From a virus (Duplodnaviria; Caudoviricetes): a stretch of 36,355 nt of DNA. This document shows, piece after piece, positions 27,263-35,958 of the stretch (the stretch's first letter is position 1; every line of letters starts with the position of its first letter). The DNA lies in the IMG/VR virus record IMGVR_UViG_3300022876_000012, positions 1 to 36,355 of that record; one strand, 5' to 3'. Made by a program: the position numbers and the translations under genes. Below the pieces are notes generated by a model. The model was not told the origin of the DNA and did no database searches. It saw only the letters and a list, made by a program, of their open reading frames with translations.

Positions 27263-27736
27263 ATGAAACGCCCAGTTCTAGCCAACAGGAAAGACGTGGT
27301 CAGTGCAGTGATTGGTGCTTACCAGGGAGGCCGCATTTACGCCGCTGCCGACTTGGGAATGCCGCTGAAAAAGTTCGATAACCAGGCTTACGAAAACGCC
27401 GGCAGCCGACCGCTGAGTGACGACCACATTCATCATCTCGAACAGGTCGCAGGAACGACATTCCTGCCGGACTACATCGCAGCCAAATACGGCGGCATGT
27501 TCGTCCCAATGACCGCGTCAGCGGATCTGGACAACGTCGAGTTGTACAACCGATCAGTCAAAGCCGCCGCCAAGCGCGGAATGGTTGATCAGATCATTGC
27601 CAAAGCACTCGACGACGGTGTCATTGAGTCCTGCGAAGCCCAAGCAATCATCAACGCTCTGATGCACTACATGTCTGCCCGCTACGCCGAAGTGCTGGCC
27701 ACCATTCAACTGCACAGTCGGGGGATCGCTGGGTGA
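27263..27736 (+). CDS. CII/YmfL-like phage regulatory protein
   Basis: AYQGG..AA..LG, A..YGGMFVP, ALDDGVI...E; position after the Cox-like gene. Confidence 0.75.
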   Translation: MKRPVLANRKDVVSAVIGAYQGGRIYAAADLGMPLKKFDNQAYENAGSRPLSDDHIHHLEQVAGTTFLPDYIAAKYGGMFVPMTASADLDNVELYNRSVKAAAKRGMVDQIIAKALDDGVIESCEAQAIINALMHYMSARYAEVLATIQLHSRGIAG

Positions 27737-28023
27737 GTACATACAAACTGGTTTGCCCGCACTGCCTCGGCCGCATGCGAATACGCACCAGCGAAGGCAC
27801 ACACATTTTCCTGCGCGTGGCGTACCTGCAATGCACCAACGAGGCCTGCGGCTGGTCGGTGCGTGCTGAGTTCGAAATGACTCACGAAATGAGTCCCAGC
27901 GGCATGGCCAACCCATCGGTGCGCTTGCCGATTGCCGACATCGCTTTGCGCCGCGCCGCGATGAAGACCGCCAACGATCAACCCGACCTGCTCGACCAAA
28001 TGGAAATGGAGTGTGCGCAATGA
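27733..28023 (+). CDS. ogr: Ogr/Delta-like zinc-finger late transcription activator
   Basis: CPHC...RTS.....Y.QCTN..CG...SPS..PNP-like signature. Confidence 0.85.
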   Translation: MSTYKLVCPHCLGRMRIRTSEGTHIFLRVAYLQCTNEACGWSVRAEFEMTHEMSPSGMANPSVRLPIADIALRRAAMKTANDQPDLLDQMEMECAQ

Positions 28024-28391
28024 ACCACGATCAGTTGACCCACGACTACCGCAGCAGCATGCAACGTGCCGCGTTCGCATACCTGCAACGGCACGAAGCG
28101 CAGTACCTGGTGGACTCGGATCTGCTCTACGAGAACTGCGTTCGCCACTTGGCCACGTCGCTGGAAGTGCCTGTCTTCATGGCGGAGCGCCTGGTGCACA
28201 ACGCCTGGACTGAATTGCAGGTGATCAATCAGCGCAAGTGGATCGGCGTGGACTGGGGCAAAAGCCCCGGCTGCACGGTGGTGCACTTGATCGACACCCG
28301 CGCCGATCTGCGCTACCCGGTACCGGCGAGACTGCTGCCGCAGACCCTGCTCGCCCAGCGCGATTCCGCGCACAAGCACCGCCCTCAGTAA
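28020..28391 (+). CDS. Hypothetical phage early protein
   Basis: ATGA-coupled to ogr, 123 aa, phage-like codon use. Confidence 0.75.
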   Translation: MNHDQLTHDYRSSMQRAAFAYLQRHEAQYLVDSDLLYENCVRHLATSLEVPVFMAERLVHNAWTELQVINQRKWIGVDWGKSPGCTVVHLIDTRADLRYPVPARLLPQTLLAQRDSAHKHRPQ

Positions 28392-28466
28392 CTCCTTTTT
28401 AAACACCCCGCCCTGCCCCGCTTCCCGTGGGTATGGGTGAGCTTTGCCTGAAATCCGAGGTGGACC

Positions 28467-28700
28467 ATGGAAATCGACATCGCCATCAACGCAAAACTGC
28501 CCCGTGCACAGGCCGAAGCCCTGCTCCAGGCACTGCGCGCCCATTACTCGATGCAGTTCAACGAGTACTGGTATGACGATCGCTTTCGCATGATCCCCGA
28601 GGGTTTACGGCACGGCTCGCTGCTGTCGGCCTTCCCGGTGATGGCCGCGCAAAAACGCCTGATTGGCGCCCTCAAACAAAGCCTCGGCGAAGTGAAGTAA
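28467..28700 (+). CDS. Hypothetical phage early protein
   Basis: GAGGTGG RBS, 77 aa, directly before the primase. Confidence 0.75.
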   Translation: MEIDIAINAKLPRAQAEALLQALRAHYSMQFNEYWYDDRFRMIPEGLRHGSLLSAFPVMAAQKRLIGALKQSLGEVK

Positions 28701-28706
28701 GCCCCG

Positions 28707-31421
28707 ATGAACATGAAACACGATTTGCGCGCCGATATCCTGCAACGCCTTGAGTCCGACTACGGCCTCAAGCACAAGGCCGGCAAATACATGCGCCAGG
28801 GCGAATGCCCAGCGTGCAAGAAAAAGGAGCTGTACGCCTTCCACGATGACCCGTGGATGATCCGTTGCGGCCGGGGCAAGTGTGGCCAGACCTGGCACGT
28901 CAAAGAAATCTATGAAGATCTGTTCGAAGACTGGAGCAAGCGCGCCCCAGCGAGCGAGCAACACCCCAGCGCCACAGCCCGTGCCTATCTGGAATTTGCC
29001 CGAGGCTTTCGGCTCGATCTGATTCAAGGCTGGTTTACGCAGGAAACATATTTCTCCGGCGAGCTGAATGCCGGCAGCGCGACCGTGCGTTTTGCGCTGG
29101 AGAAAGGCGGCTATTGGGAACGCCTGATCGACCGGCCGCACCGGTTCGGCAAGATGAAAGCGAGGTTCAAGCCTGGCGACAGCCCCCGTGGTTTTTGGTG
29201 GTGCCCGCCGTGTGTAGAGCTGCTGGACGTCAAAGAGCTGTGGATTGTCGAGGGCATCTTCGACGCCATCGCTCTCGTGCACAACGGGATTGCAGCGGCT
29301 TCGGCAATGTCGTCGGCCTTCTTCCCTGAAGAGTCGTTGAAAGAACTAGCCCGGCAGCGCGGCGGCAAATTGCCCAAGCTCATTTGGGCACTGGACAACG
29401 AACCCGGCGCGCACAAATACACCAAGCGTTGGGTGCGTCAGGCTCGCGCCCTGGGCTACGAGTGCGAAGCAGCGCAGATCCCGCAATCGGACAGCCGCAA
29501 GGTCGATTGGAACGATCTGCATCAGCGCTGGGCCTTCATTGACAGCGAGAGCGAGCGCGCTGAGCAGATCGAAAAGGACCTGGCCACCGCTCGCTATCAC
29601 GGCTCCTTGCTGATCGCCGAAAGCGCGTCTGAGAAAGGCGTGCTGATGTACGAATGGCGCGAGCGTCACGAGTTTCACTTCGGCTTCGACAGCCGGCTCT
29701 ACTGGTTCAAGATGGACTTGGAGAAATTCAACAAGGCCATGCAGGCGCTGGAGTCCTCCGAGCGCCATGAAGACCAGCTGCTGAACGAAAAGCAGCGTCG
29801 CGAAAAGGCCTTACGCCAATGCGGTGGCGTGGTGGAAATCGCCAACTGCTACCCACAGGCGCTGTACTTCCAGCGCAACGAAGTCACCGACGAATCCTGG
29901 TACTACTTCCGCGTAGATTTTCCGCACGACAGCGGCAGCGTGAAGAACACCTTCACCGGTGGCCAAGTAGCGGCCGCCAGCGAGTTCAAAAAGCGTTTGC
30001 TCAGCATGGCTGCCGGCGCCGTCTTCACCGGCAGCGGGCAGCAGCTCGACAAGATCATGAAGGATCAGCTGTTCGGCCTGAAGACTGTCGAGACCATCGA
30101 CTTCATTGGCTACAGCAAGCTGCACGGCTGCTACGTCTTTGGCGACGTCGCGGTACGCGGCGGCATCGTCAGCGTGGTGAACAAGGAGGACTTTTTCGAG
30201 TTCGGCAAGCTGCGACTGAAGACCCTGCAGAAGTCGATCGCCATGCACATCCAGCGCGACAGTAAGCAGTACCGCACTGACTGGCTGCCAATGCTGTGGC
30301 TGTGCTTTGGCGCTAAAGGCATTGTCGCCCTGGCGTTTTGGTTTGGCTCGCTGTTCGCCGAGCAGATCCGCGCGCAGTACAAGTCCTATCCGTTCCTTGA
30401 AGTCACCGGTGAAGCCGGCGCCGGCAAGACCACGCTGCTCACTTTCCTGTGGAAACTGCTGGGCCGTGAGCATGAAGGCTTTGACCCGTCGAAATCGACA
30501 CGCGCCGGCCGTCAGCGCGCCATGGGCCAAGTCTCCAACATGCCTGTCGTGCTGATCGAGGGCGACCGCAACGAGCCGGACAAGGCGCACGCCAAGGGGT
30601 TCGACTGGGACGAGCTGAAGGACTTTTACGGCGGCGGCACGCTCGGTACCAAGGGCATGAAGACCAGCGGTAACGAGACCTACGAACCGCCGTTCCGGGG
30701 CGCGATTGCTATCAGCCAGAACGCCGACGTCAGCGCGTCGGAAGCGATCCTGACCCGGATTATCAAATCGCACTTTGCACGTCCGGAAGTCACCACCGAG
30801 AGCCGTGCAGCCGCTGACAATCTGAACCTGATCCCTGTCGAGCAACTAAGCCACTTCCTGCTGCTGGCCGTGCGTGCCGAAGCCCAGGTGATGGCCAAAT
30901 TCGCCGAGCGCGTGCTGGTTCATGAACAGCAACTGCGCAGGCTCAAAGAAATCCGCGTGGAACGGATCATCAAGAACCACAGCCAGTTGATGGCCCTGGT
31001 CGATTGCCTGCGCCTGGTGTGCCCGCTCAATGACAACCACGTCGCTACGACACACCAGGCACTGATGGTCATGGCGCTGGAGCGGCAAGCCGCGATCAGT
31101 GCGGACCACCCGCTGGTTGCCGAATTCTGGGAAGTCTACGAATACCTCGAAAGCCTGGGCGAAGGCCCGCAGGTCAACCACAGCACCGACCCGAAACTAA
31201 TCGCGATCAATCTCAACGAATTCGCCGAGAAGGCCAGCGAGCATCGGCAGAACCTCGCCGACCTCAAGACCTTGCGCGGGCTGCTGGTCAACAGCCGCAG
31301 CCACAAATGGCTGGAATCCAACAAGGCCGTGTACAGCGCGGTGCGCGCCTCACAAGCCGCCGGCAACGCGACGTTCAACAAACCCACCACCGTGCGCTGC
31401 TGGATTTTTCAGAGTGCGTAA
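28707..31421 (+). CDS. Replication protein: Zn finger, toprim primase and P-loop helicase
   Basis: CPAC...CGRGKCG; WIVEGIFDA and ALDNE (toprim); DWND; TGEAGAGKTT (Walker A); VVLIEGD. Confidence 0.9.
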   Translation: MNMKHDLRADILQRLESDYGLKHKAGKYMRQGECPACKKKELYAFHDDPWMIRCGRGKCGQTWHVKEIYEDLFEDWSKRAPASEQHPSATARAYLEFARGFRLDLIQGWFTQETYFSGELNAGSATVRFALEKGGYWERLIDRPHRFGKMKARFKPGDSPRGFWWCPPCVELLDVKELWIVEGIFDAIALVHNGIAAASAMSSAFFPEESLKELARQRGGKLPKLIWALDNEPGAHKYTKRWVRQARALGYECEAAQIPQSDSRKVDWNDLHQRWAFIDSESERAEQIEKDLATARYHGSLLIAESASEKGVLMYEWRERHEFHFGFDSRLYWFKMDLEKFNKAMQALESSERHEDQLLNEKQRREKALRQCGGVVEIANCYPQALYFQRNEVTDESWYYFRVDFPHDSGSVKNTFTGGQVAAASEFKKRLLSMAAGAVFTGSGQQLDKIMKDQLFGLKTVETIDFIGYSKLHGCYVFGDVAVRGGIVSVVNKEDFFEFGKLRLKTLQKSIAMHIQRDSKQYRTDWLPMLWLCFGAKGIVALAFWFGSLFAEQIRAQYKSYPFLEVTGEAGAGKTTLLTFLWKLLGREHEGFDPSKSTRAGRQRAMGQVSNMPVVLIEGDRNEPDKAHAKGFDWDELKDFYGGGTLGTKGMKTSGNETYEPPFRGAIAISQNADVSASEAILTRIIKSHFARPEVTTESRAAADNLNLIPVEQLSHFLLLAVRAEAQVMAKFAERVLVHEQQLRRLKEIRVERIIKNHSQLMALVDCLRLVCPLNDNHVATTHQALMVMALERQAAISADHPLVAEFWEVYEYLESLGEGPQVNHSTDPKLIAINLNEFAEKASEHRQNLADLKTLRGLLVNSRSHKWLESNKAVYSAVRASQAAGNATFNKPTTVRCWIFQSA

Positions 31422-31428
31422 ACCGCAA

Positions 31429-31480
31429 CCAGCGCTGCAACGCTGGGCACATTCAAAAGGAGAAGCACCATGCAAGTACA
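31429..31480 (+). repeat. CTGCAA-hairpin/RBS module, copy 1
   Basis: CCAGCG-CTGCAA-CGCTGG ... AAAGGAGAAGCACC-ATG-CAAGTACA. Confidence 0.85.
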
Positions 31481-31766
31481 CGTGATCACCGGCGACGCCG
31501 GCACGGGCAAAACGACAAAGCTGAGATCGATCGAGACCCAGCAACTGGCTGAAGGCAAACAGGCCGGGATCATTCATGCGGATGCGTATTCGCATCACGG
31601 CCTGCTCGGAATCATGGAAGTCAGGCTAGAGCGCGGTGAGCGGACGCTGCTTGTCGATGACTGCTCGATCAAACAGATCGATGAAATTTTGCAGTGGCAG
31701 AAGGAGGCCGCTGGGAACGAGCAGCTTGAAGACTTGGCGATTCACCTGGTTCGCCGCGCCGGCTGA
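31470..31766 (+). CDS. 98-aa minimal P-loop protein
   Basis: VITGDAGTGKTT (Walker A), TLLVDD (Walker B); strong RBS. Confidence 0.8.
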   Translation: MQVHVITGDAGTGKTTKLRSIETQQLAEGKQAGIIHADAYSHHGLLGIMEVRLERGERTLLVDDCSIKQIDEILQWQKEAAGNEQLEDLAIHLVRRAG

Positions 31767-31792
31767 ACAACGAGTTCATGTCGAAAAGAATT

Positions 31793-31856
31793 GGTGTCGA
31801 GGGGCTGCAACCCCTCGACACCGACCACCCCAAAGGAGAAGCACCATGCAAGCACA
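31793..31856 (+). repeat. CTGCAA-hairpin/RBS module, copy 2
   Basis: GGTGTCGAGGGG-CTGCAA-CCCCTCGACACC ... AAAGGAGAAGCACC-ATG-CAAGCACA. Confidence 0.85.
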
Positions 31857-32109
31857 AAACCCAAGTGGCAGCGGCACAGAGGCTACCACGAACGCCTTCA
31901 AGGTCGGCGATGACGTGACTTTCGTCGCTGCACGCAGCACCGGGCGCAGCGTCAGTCTCAGCGTTCGCGAAGGGAAGATTGCTGAGATCGGCAGCGCAAC
32001 GGCGATCGTCAAGCTTCGCAATGGTCGCACCAGTGTACAGCCGTTGAACAAGCTGACTCGCCAGGGCGAGCGCAACGCCCTCATCCGCGCTTTGCTGGGG
32101 GACGCCTGA
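31846..32109 (+). CDS. Small hypothetical protein, SH3/KOW-like beta pattern
   Basis: FKVGDDVTF...GKIAEI....AIVK; strong RBS. Confidence 0.75.
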   Translation: MQAQNPSGSGTEATTNAFKVGDDVTFVAARSTGRSVSLSVREGKIAEIGSATAIVKLRNGRTSVQPLNKLTRQGERNALIRALLGDA

Positions 32110-32330
32110 TGCAACCCTCAGCCAATTCTGTGGCACGCACACGTCCGCCCATGGCCAGCCACCGGCTTGACCTCCCCAGTTGCTGCGACATCTGTGGCAA
32201 AGCCCGATCCACCCGTAAGCACCAGGCCTGTAGTCGGATCCGACAGCAGCGCAAGTCTGCTGAGTGGGCTGAGCTGATGGCGATTCGGGCAGAAGCGAAG
32301 AAGAACAAGCCACGGCGCTACGCGCGCTGA
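32109..32330 (+). CDS. Small basic protein with a possible Zn finger
   Basis: CDICGKARSTRKHQACS; start overlaps the upstream stop. Confidence 0.7.
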   Translation: MQPSANSVARTRPPMASHRLDLPSCCDICGKARSTRKHQACSRIRQQRKSAEWAELMAIRAEAKKNKPRRYAR

Positions 32331-32352
32331 TTTGAATCACCGGGCGAACAAC

Positions 32353-32399
32353 GGGGAGCTGCAACTCCCCCATCGCCTGCAAAGGAAGAAGCACCATGC
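32353..32399 (+). repeat. CTGCAA-hairpin/RBS module, copy 3
   Basis: GGGGAG-CTGCAA-CTCCCC ... AAAGGAAGAAGCACC-ATGC. Confidence 0.85.
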
Positions 32400-34198
32400 T
32401 CAAGCGAACACTCAAACATTTTCACTTCTGCTGCGGCCTCGGTGGCGGCGCCAAAGGTTTCAACAAATCCAAGCCCATCGTGGGCAACATCCAAGCGCAA
32501 TGGCAATGCATTGGCGGCATCGACATTGATGCGGCTGGGCTGGCCGACTTCGAGCGCTTGAGCGGCGTCAAGGGCACGCTGTTGGATCTGTTTACCCGTG
32601 ATCAGTACATCCGCTTCCACGGGAAAGAGCCGCCACCCGGTTGGCTTGAGGCGACCGTTGAGGATGTTCGACGTGCGGCCAACTACCAGCGGCCCGACGC
32701 GGTGTTCATTTCCAGTCCGTGCAAGGGCGCATCGGGCTTGTTGTCGGAAAAGATGAGCCTGACCCCGAAATATCAGGCGCTGAACGAACTCACGTTGCGC
32801 TGCATCTGGCTGTTCGGTGAAGCCTGGAAAGACGACGCCGTTCCGCTCCTGGTCTTCGAAAACGTCCCTCGATTGGCAACCCGTGGCCGGCACTTGCTCG
32901 ACCAGATCAACAAGGTGCTGTCGCACTTCGGCTATGCAGTGGCTGAAACCACCCACGATTGCGGTGTCATCGGCGGCTTGGCGCAGAGTCGCAAACGGTT
33001 CCTGCTGGTGGCTCGCCATATCGAGAAGGTCCCGCCTTTCCTGTATGAGCCAGAAAAAAAGACTCTCAAGTCCGTTGGCTCGATCCTCAGCCGCATGCCG
33101 CTCGCCGGCGATATCGAAGCCGCCGGCCCGATGCACCGGGTTCCAGCTCTCCAGTGGAAAACGTGGGTGCGTCTTGCCCTAGTCACCGCCGGCAAGGACT
33201 GGCGCAGCCTGAATGACTTGGCGATCGAGGACGGGTATCTGCGTGATCTGGTGATCGTGCCCGAGTATCGCGCCGGCTACCTTGGCGTGCACGACTGGCA
33301 AGACACCGCCGGCACCGTCGCGGGGCGCAGCAGCCCAACAAACGGTGCATTCTCGGTTGCTGATCCACGCGCCATAGCCGGTGCTCTGCAATATCAACAG
33401 TACGGCGTCCGTCGCTGGGAAGAGACCAGTGGCGCGGTGATCGGCGTCAAGTCGCCCGGACAGGGAACATTTAGCGTTGCTGATCCTCGCCGGCCGGGCG
33501 ATGGGTTCGGAAAGTATTTGGTAACGCAGTTCGACAAGGCCGCCGGAACAGTCATCGCCGGCAGCACCACGGGGCAAGGCGCTTTTGCTGTGCAGGATCC
33601 CCGATACCATAACTGGCACCCGGCAGCGAGTAGCCGGAAGCTGGGCGTTTGCCTGTGGGATAAAACGGCTGGGACTGTCACCGGATCGCAGCAGGTTGCC
33701 AGTGGTGCATTGTCGATCGCAGATCCCCGCCCTGGCATGAAGCGCGTCAAGGGTGACGCCTACCTGACTGGTGGCCACTATGGCGTTGTCGGCTGGAATG
33801 ACCAGTGCGGTGCTGTTTCAGCCAGTGCAAAGCAGGACAACGGGCGCTGGTCGGTAGCTGACCCGCGTATGCCGGAAGCGAACGACCGGTTGACCTGCGT
33901 GATTGAAAGTCTCGACGGCACTTGGCACCGCCCTTTCACCACGCTGGAGCTGGCCGCGCTGCAAAGCCTGGTCGAACCCGAAGAACAGTTCGAGCTGGAT
34001 GGACTGAGTGATCAGGCGTGGCGTGAGCGTATCGGTAATGCCGTACCACCTGACGCCGCCGAAGCCATCGCCGATGTGATGGGTACCACGCTGTTACTGG
34101 CCGCATCTGGAGAAACCTTCATGCTCAATAGCATGCCGATCTGGGTTCGCCCAATAGCGGTAGGCCTGAGCGTGGCGCAACGGGAGACTGTGCTATGA
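32396..34198 (+). CDS. Orphan DNA (cytosine-5)-methyltransferase with a repeat-expanded variable region
   Basis: Motif I FCCGLGG, IV SPCKG, VI FENVP, VIII QSRKR, IX RPFTTLELAALQ, X IGNAVPP. Confidence 0.9.
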   Translation: MLKRTLKHFHFCCGLGGGAKGFNKSKPIVGNIQAQWQCIGGIDIDAAGLADFERLSGVKGTLLDLFTRDQYIRFHGKEPPPGWLEATVEDVRRAANYQRPDAVFISSPCKGASGLLSEKMSLTPKYQALNELTLRCIWLFGEAWKDDAVPLLVFENVPRLATRGRHLLDQINKVLSHFGYAVAETTHDCGVIGGLAQSRKRFLLVARHIEKVPPFLYEPEKKTLKSVGSILSRMPLAGDIEAAGPMHRVPALQWKTWVRLALVTAGKDWRSLNDLAIEDGYLRDLVIVPEYRAGYLGVHDWQDTAGTVAGRSSPTNGAFSVADPRAIAGALQYQQYGVRRWEETSGAVIGVKSPGQGTFSVADPRRPGDGFGKYLVTQFDKAAGTVIAGSTTGQGAFAVQDPRYHNWHPAASSRKLGVCLWDKTAGTVTGSQQVASGALSIADPRPGMKRVKGDAYLTGGHYGVVGWNDQCGAVSASAKQDNGRWSVADPRMPEANDRLTCVIESLDGTWHRPFTTLELAALQSLVEPEEQFELDGLSDQAWRERIGNAVPPDAAEAIADVMGTTLLLAASGETFMLNSMPIWVRPIAVGLSVAQRETVL

Positions 34199-34443
34199 CT
34201 GTTTTCCTGCTGCTGTATCTGTGCACGGACGCAATCCGGACGGATTGCCAGGTGTTGCTGGCTCAACGCTGGAAGGGAGATACCGCCTACGAACAATGCC
34301 TCGACGCTATCCCCGCCCTCACCCAAGCACTGACAGCGACCAACCGGAAGCGGCACCGGTTTATCTGCGAAATCCAGACAGATGACGCAGGACCAGCGGA
34401 AGAGGCCTCGCCGCGGTTCATTCATCAATCGTTTCGGATGTGA
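34195..34443 (+). CDS. Small Cys-containing hypothetical protein with hydrophobic N-terminus
   Basis: ATGA-coupled to the MTase; MTVFLLLYLC; four Cys. Confidence 0.7.
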   Translation: MTVFLLLYLCTDAIRTDCQVLLAQRWKGDTAYEQCLDAIPALTQALTATNRKRHRFICEIQTDDAGPAEEASPRFIHQSFRM

Positions 34444-34453
34444 GGGGAGCATC

Positions 34454-34729
34454 ATGAACACAGCTTTCATTCTGATGGCCCAGTACGACGGTCAGGCGAT
34501 TATTCCACTTGATCGGGTGTGCCGTGACTACTTCACACACCTGACGCCGGACATGTTCCAGCGCAAGGTCTTGAGCGGCCAGATCAAGATCCCGATCACC
34601 CGGCTGGAACCGAGCCAGAAATCCGCCAAAGGCGTTCACATCGGTGACCTGGCGGCTTACCTCGATCTCCAACGCGCCGCCGCTGTAAAAGAAAACAACC
34701 AGCTCAACGGCTCAAAACCCGCCTATTAA
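34454..34729 (+). CDS. PrtN-family winged-helix protein, probable excisionase/RDF
   Basis: MNTAFILMAQYDGQAIIPL..VC.DYF.HL...SQKS.KGVHI.DLA.YLD; convergent with and overlapping the integrase. Confidence 0.82.
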   Translation: MNTAFILMAQYDGQAIIPLDRVCRDYFTHLTPDMFQRKVLSGQIKIPITRLEPSQKSAKGVHIGDLAAYLDLQRAAAVKENNQLNGSKPAY

Positions 34730-35855
34730 GCCACTTCATTGACGCGGCGCCCAGTTGGACGGGCGCCGTCAATATCTTTTCATGCCACTCCCACCCCACA
34801 TACCGATCACCCTTACCGCGCAGGTGGGTGTAGCGTCGCAGCGAATTCCAGTCTCTGTGCCCCGACACACTCGCGACGCGGGGGATGTCCCAGTCCATTT
34901 CAAACAAGCGGCTGACGCCCTCGTGGCGAAGATCGTGAAAGTGCAGGTCAGCAATTTCCAGAAACTTGCAGGCCTTCGCCCAGGAAGTGGAAATAGACTC
35001 GGGGCTGTAGGGGAAAATGTCGTCGCCGGCCTTGGGCATTGTCTGGAGTATCTGCCACGCCTCATCTGGCAAATAACACCAGACGTCATTGCCGATCTTC
35101 TGCCCGGGGTTCTTCATGTCCCGGACCAGGACTCGCTGGCCAGCCTCGTCTACGTCCGCCCAGCGAATGCGGGTGATTTCATCGAGACGGCGGGTTGAGA
35201 ACAGGGCGAAGCCTACGACCTTCAACATGTTGGTTACGCTTCGACGACGCGCCTGCATGTCCTCATAGTGCGTCATGATTTTGCCCAACTCATCCAGTGT
35301 CGGGCGCCGGTCCCGCTCGCGACTCTTGAGGTTGTAGCCGAGTTTGCGCAGCACCCGCCGGGCGCCGGCCATGGCCAAGGGATCGACTTGATAGCCCCAC
35401 GCGTCCCTGGCAATGGAAAGCACAGCACCGAGATGCGCCAGATCGTTGCCGGCGGTTTGCGCCTGGACGCCTCCCCCGTCCCCACTCATCCGCCACAGGG
35501 CGAAGTCCACCAGGCACTGCGTATTGATGTCGGTATCGTTGAGCTTGCCGAAGTAGCTGGCACCAATGGCCGTGAGCGTGGCCTTTTTGGTTTTGCCCAG
35601 CGGCCGCGCTTTTTCGACTTCGCGCAGGTACTGATCAATCATCTCTTTGGCAGTAGCACCCTTGCGACTCGCGCGCTCGATCGCACCAGGCTCATCGAGT
35701 TCCGATTCACGCTTACGCGCCCAAGCCTGCGCAGCCTGTTTCCGGGCGAAGGTCTGGCTCTCTTGGTAGACTTGCACCCCATCACGCTTGATGCGGATCT
35801 GAGCGGTATAGCTCACAGACCCATCCGCCAGTTTTCTTGCCCTGATAGCTGCCAT
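34704..35855 (-). CDS. int: Tyrosine integrase (dusA-associated type)
   Basis: Catalytic set STRRLDEI (R), MKNP (K), HDLRH, SGH, RRYT (Y); start MAAIRARK at 35855; divergent from dusA. Confidence 0.93.
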   Translation of the reverse strand: MAAIRARKLADGSVSYTAQIRIKRDGVQVYQESQTFARKQAAQAWARKRESELDEPGAIERASRKGATAKEMIDQYLREVEKARPLGKTKKATLTAIGASYFGKLNDTDINTQCLVDFALWRMSGDGGGVQAQTAGNDLAHLGAVLSIARDAWGYQVDPLAMAGARRVLRKLGYNLKSRERDRRPTLDELGKIMTHYEDMQARRRSVTNMLKVVGFALFSTRRLDEITRIRWADVDEAGQRVLVRDMKNPGQKIGNDVWCYLPDEAWQILQTMPKAGDDIFPYSPESISTSWAKACKFLEIADLHFHDLRHEGVSRLFEMDWDIPRVASVSGHRDWNSLRRYTHLRGKGDRYVGWEWHEKILTAPVQLGAASMKWLNRRVLSR

Positions 35856-35860
35856 ATCGA

Positions 35861-35940
35861 AAGTGGTACGCGTCAGTTTTGAAGTGGTACATCGTACCAC
35901 CGAGACCTGAAAAACGCCTGAAAACGCCCTAAAACACGCC
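35861..35940. repeat. Short direct and inverted repeats in the att arm
   Basis: AAGTGGTAC at 35861 and 35882, inverted GTACCAC at 35894; AAAAC(A)CGCC-like units at 35911, 35921 and 35931. Confidence 0.65.
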
Positions 35941-35958
35941 GACAACACGTTGAGTAAA

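Noticed and set aside
31429-32399. Interpreting the hairpin repeats as CRISPR repeats or integron attC sites
   Set aside because: Spacing is gene-sized and irregular, there are no cas genes or IntI, and no RYYYAAC/GTTRRRY ends.
32396-34198. Methyltransferase as part of a restriction-modification system
   Set aside because: No adjacent endonuclease; it sits in the phage early operon as an orphan.
35856-35948. Longer integrase N-terminus in the ORF track
   Set aside because: It overlaps the att-arm repeats; MAAIRARK at 35855 is the more plausible arm-binding-domain start.
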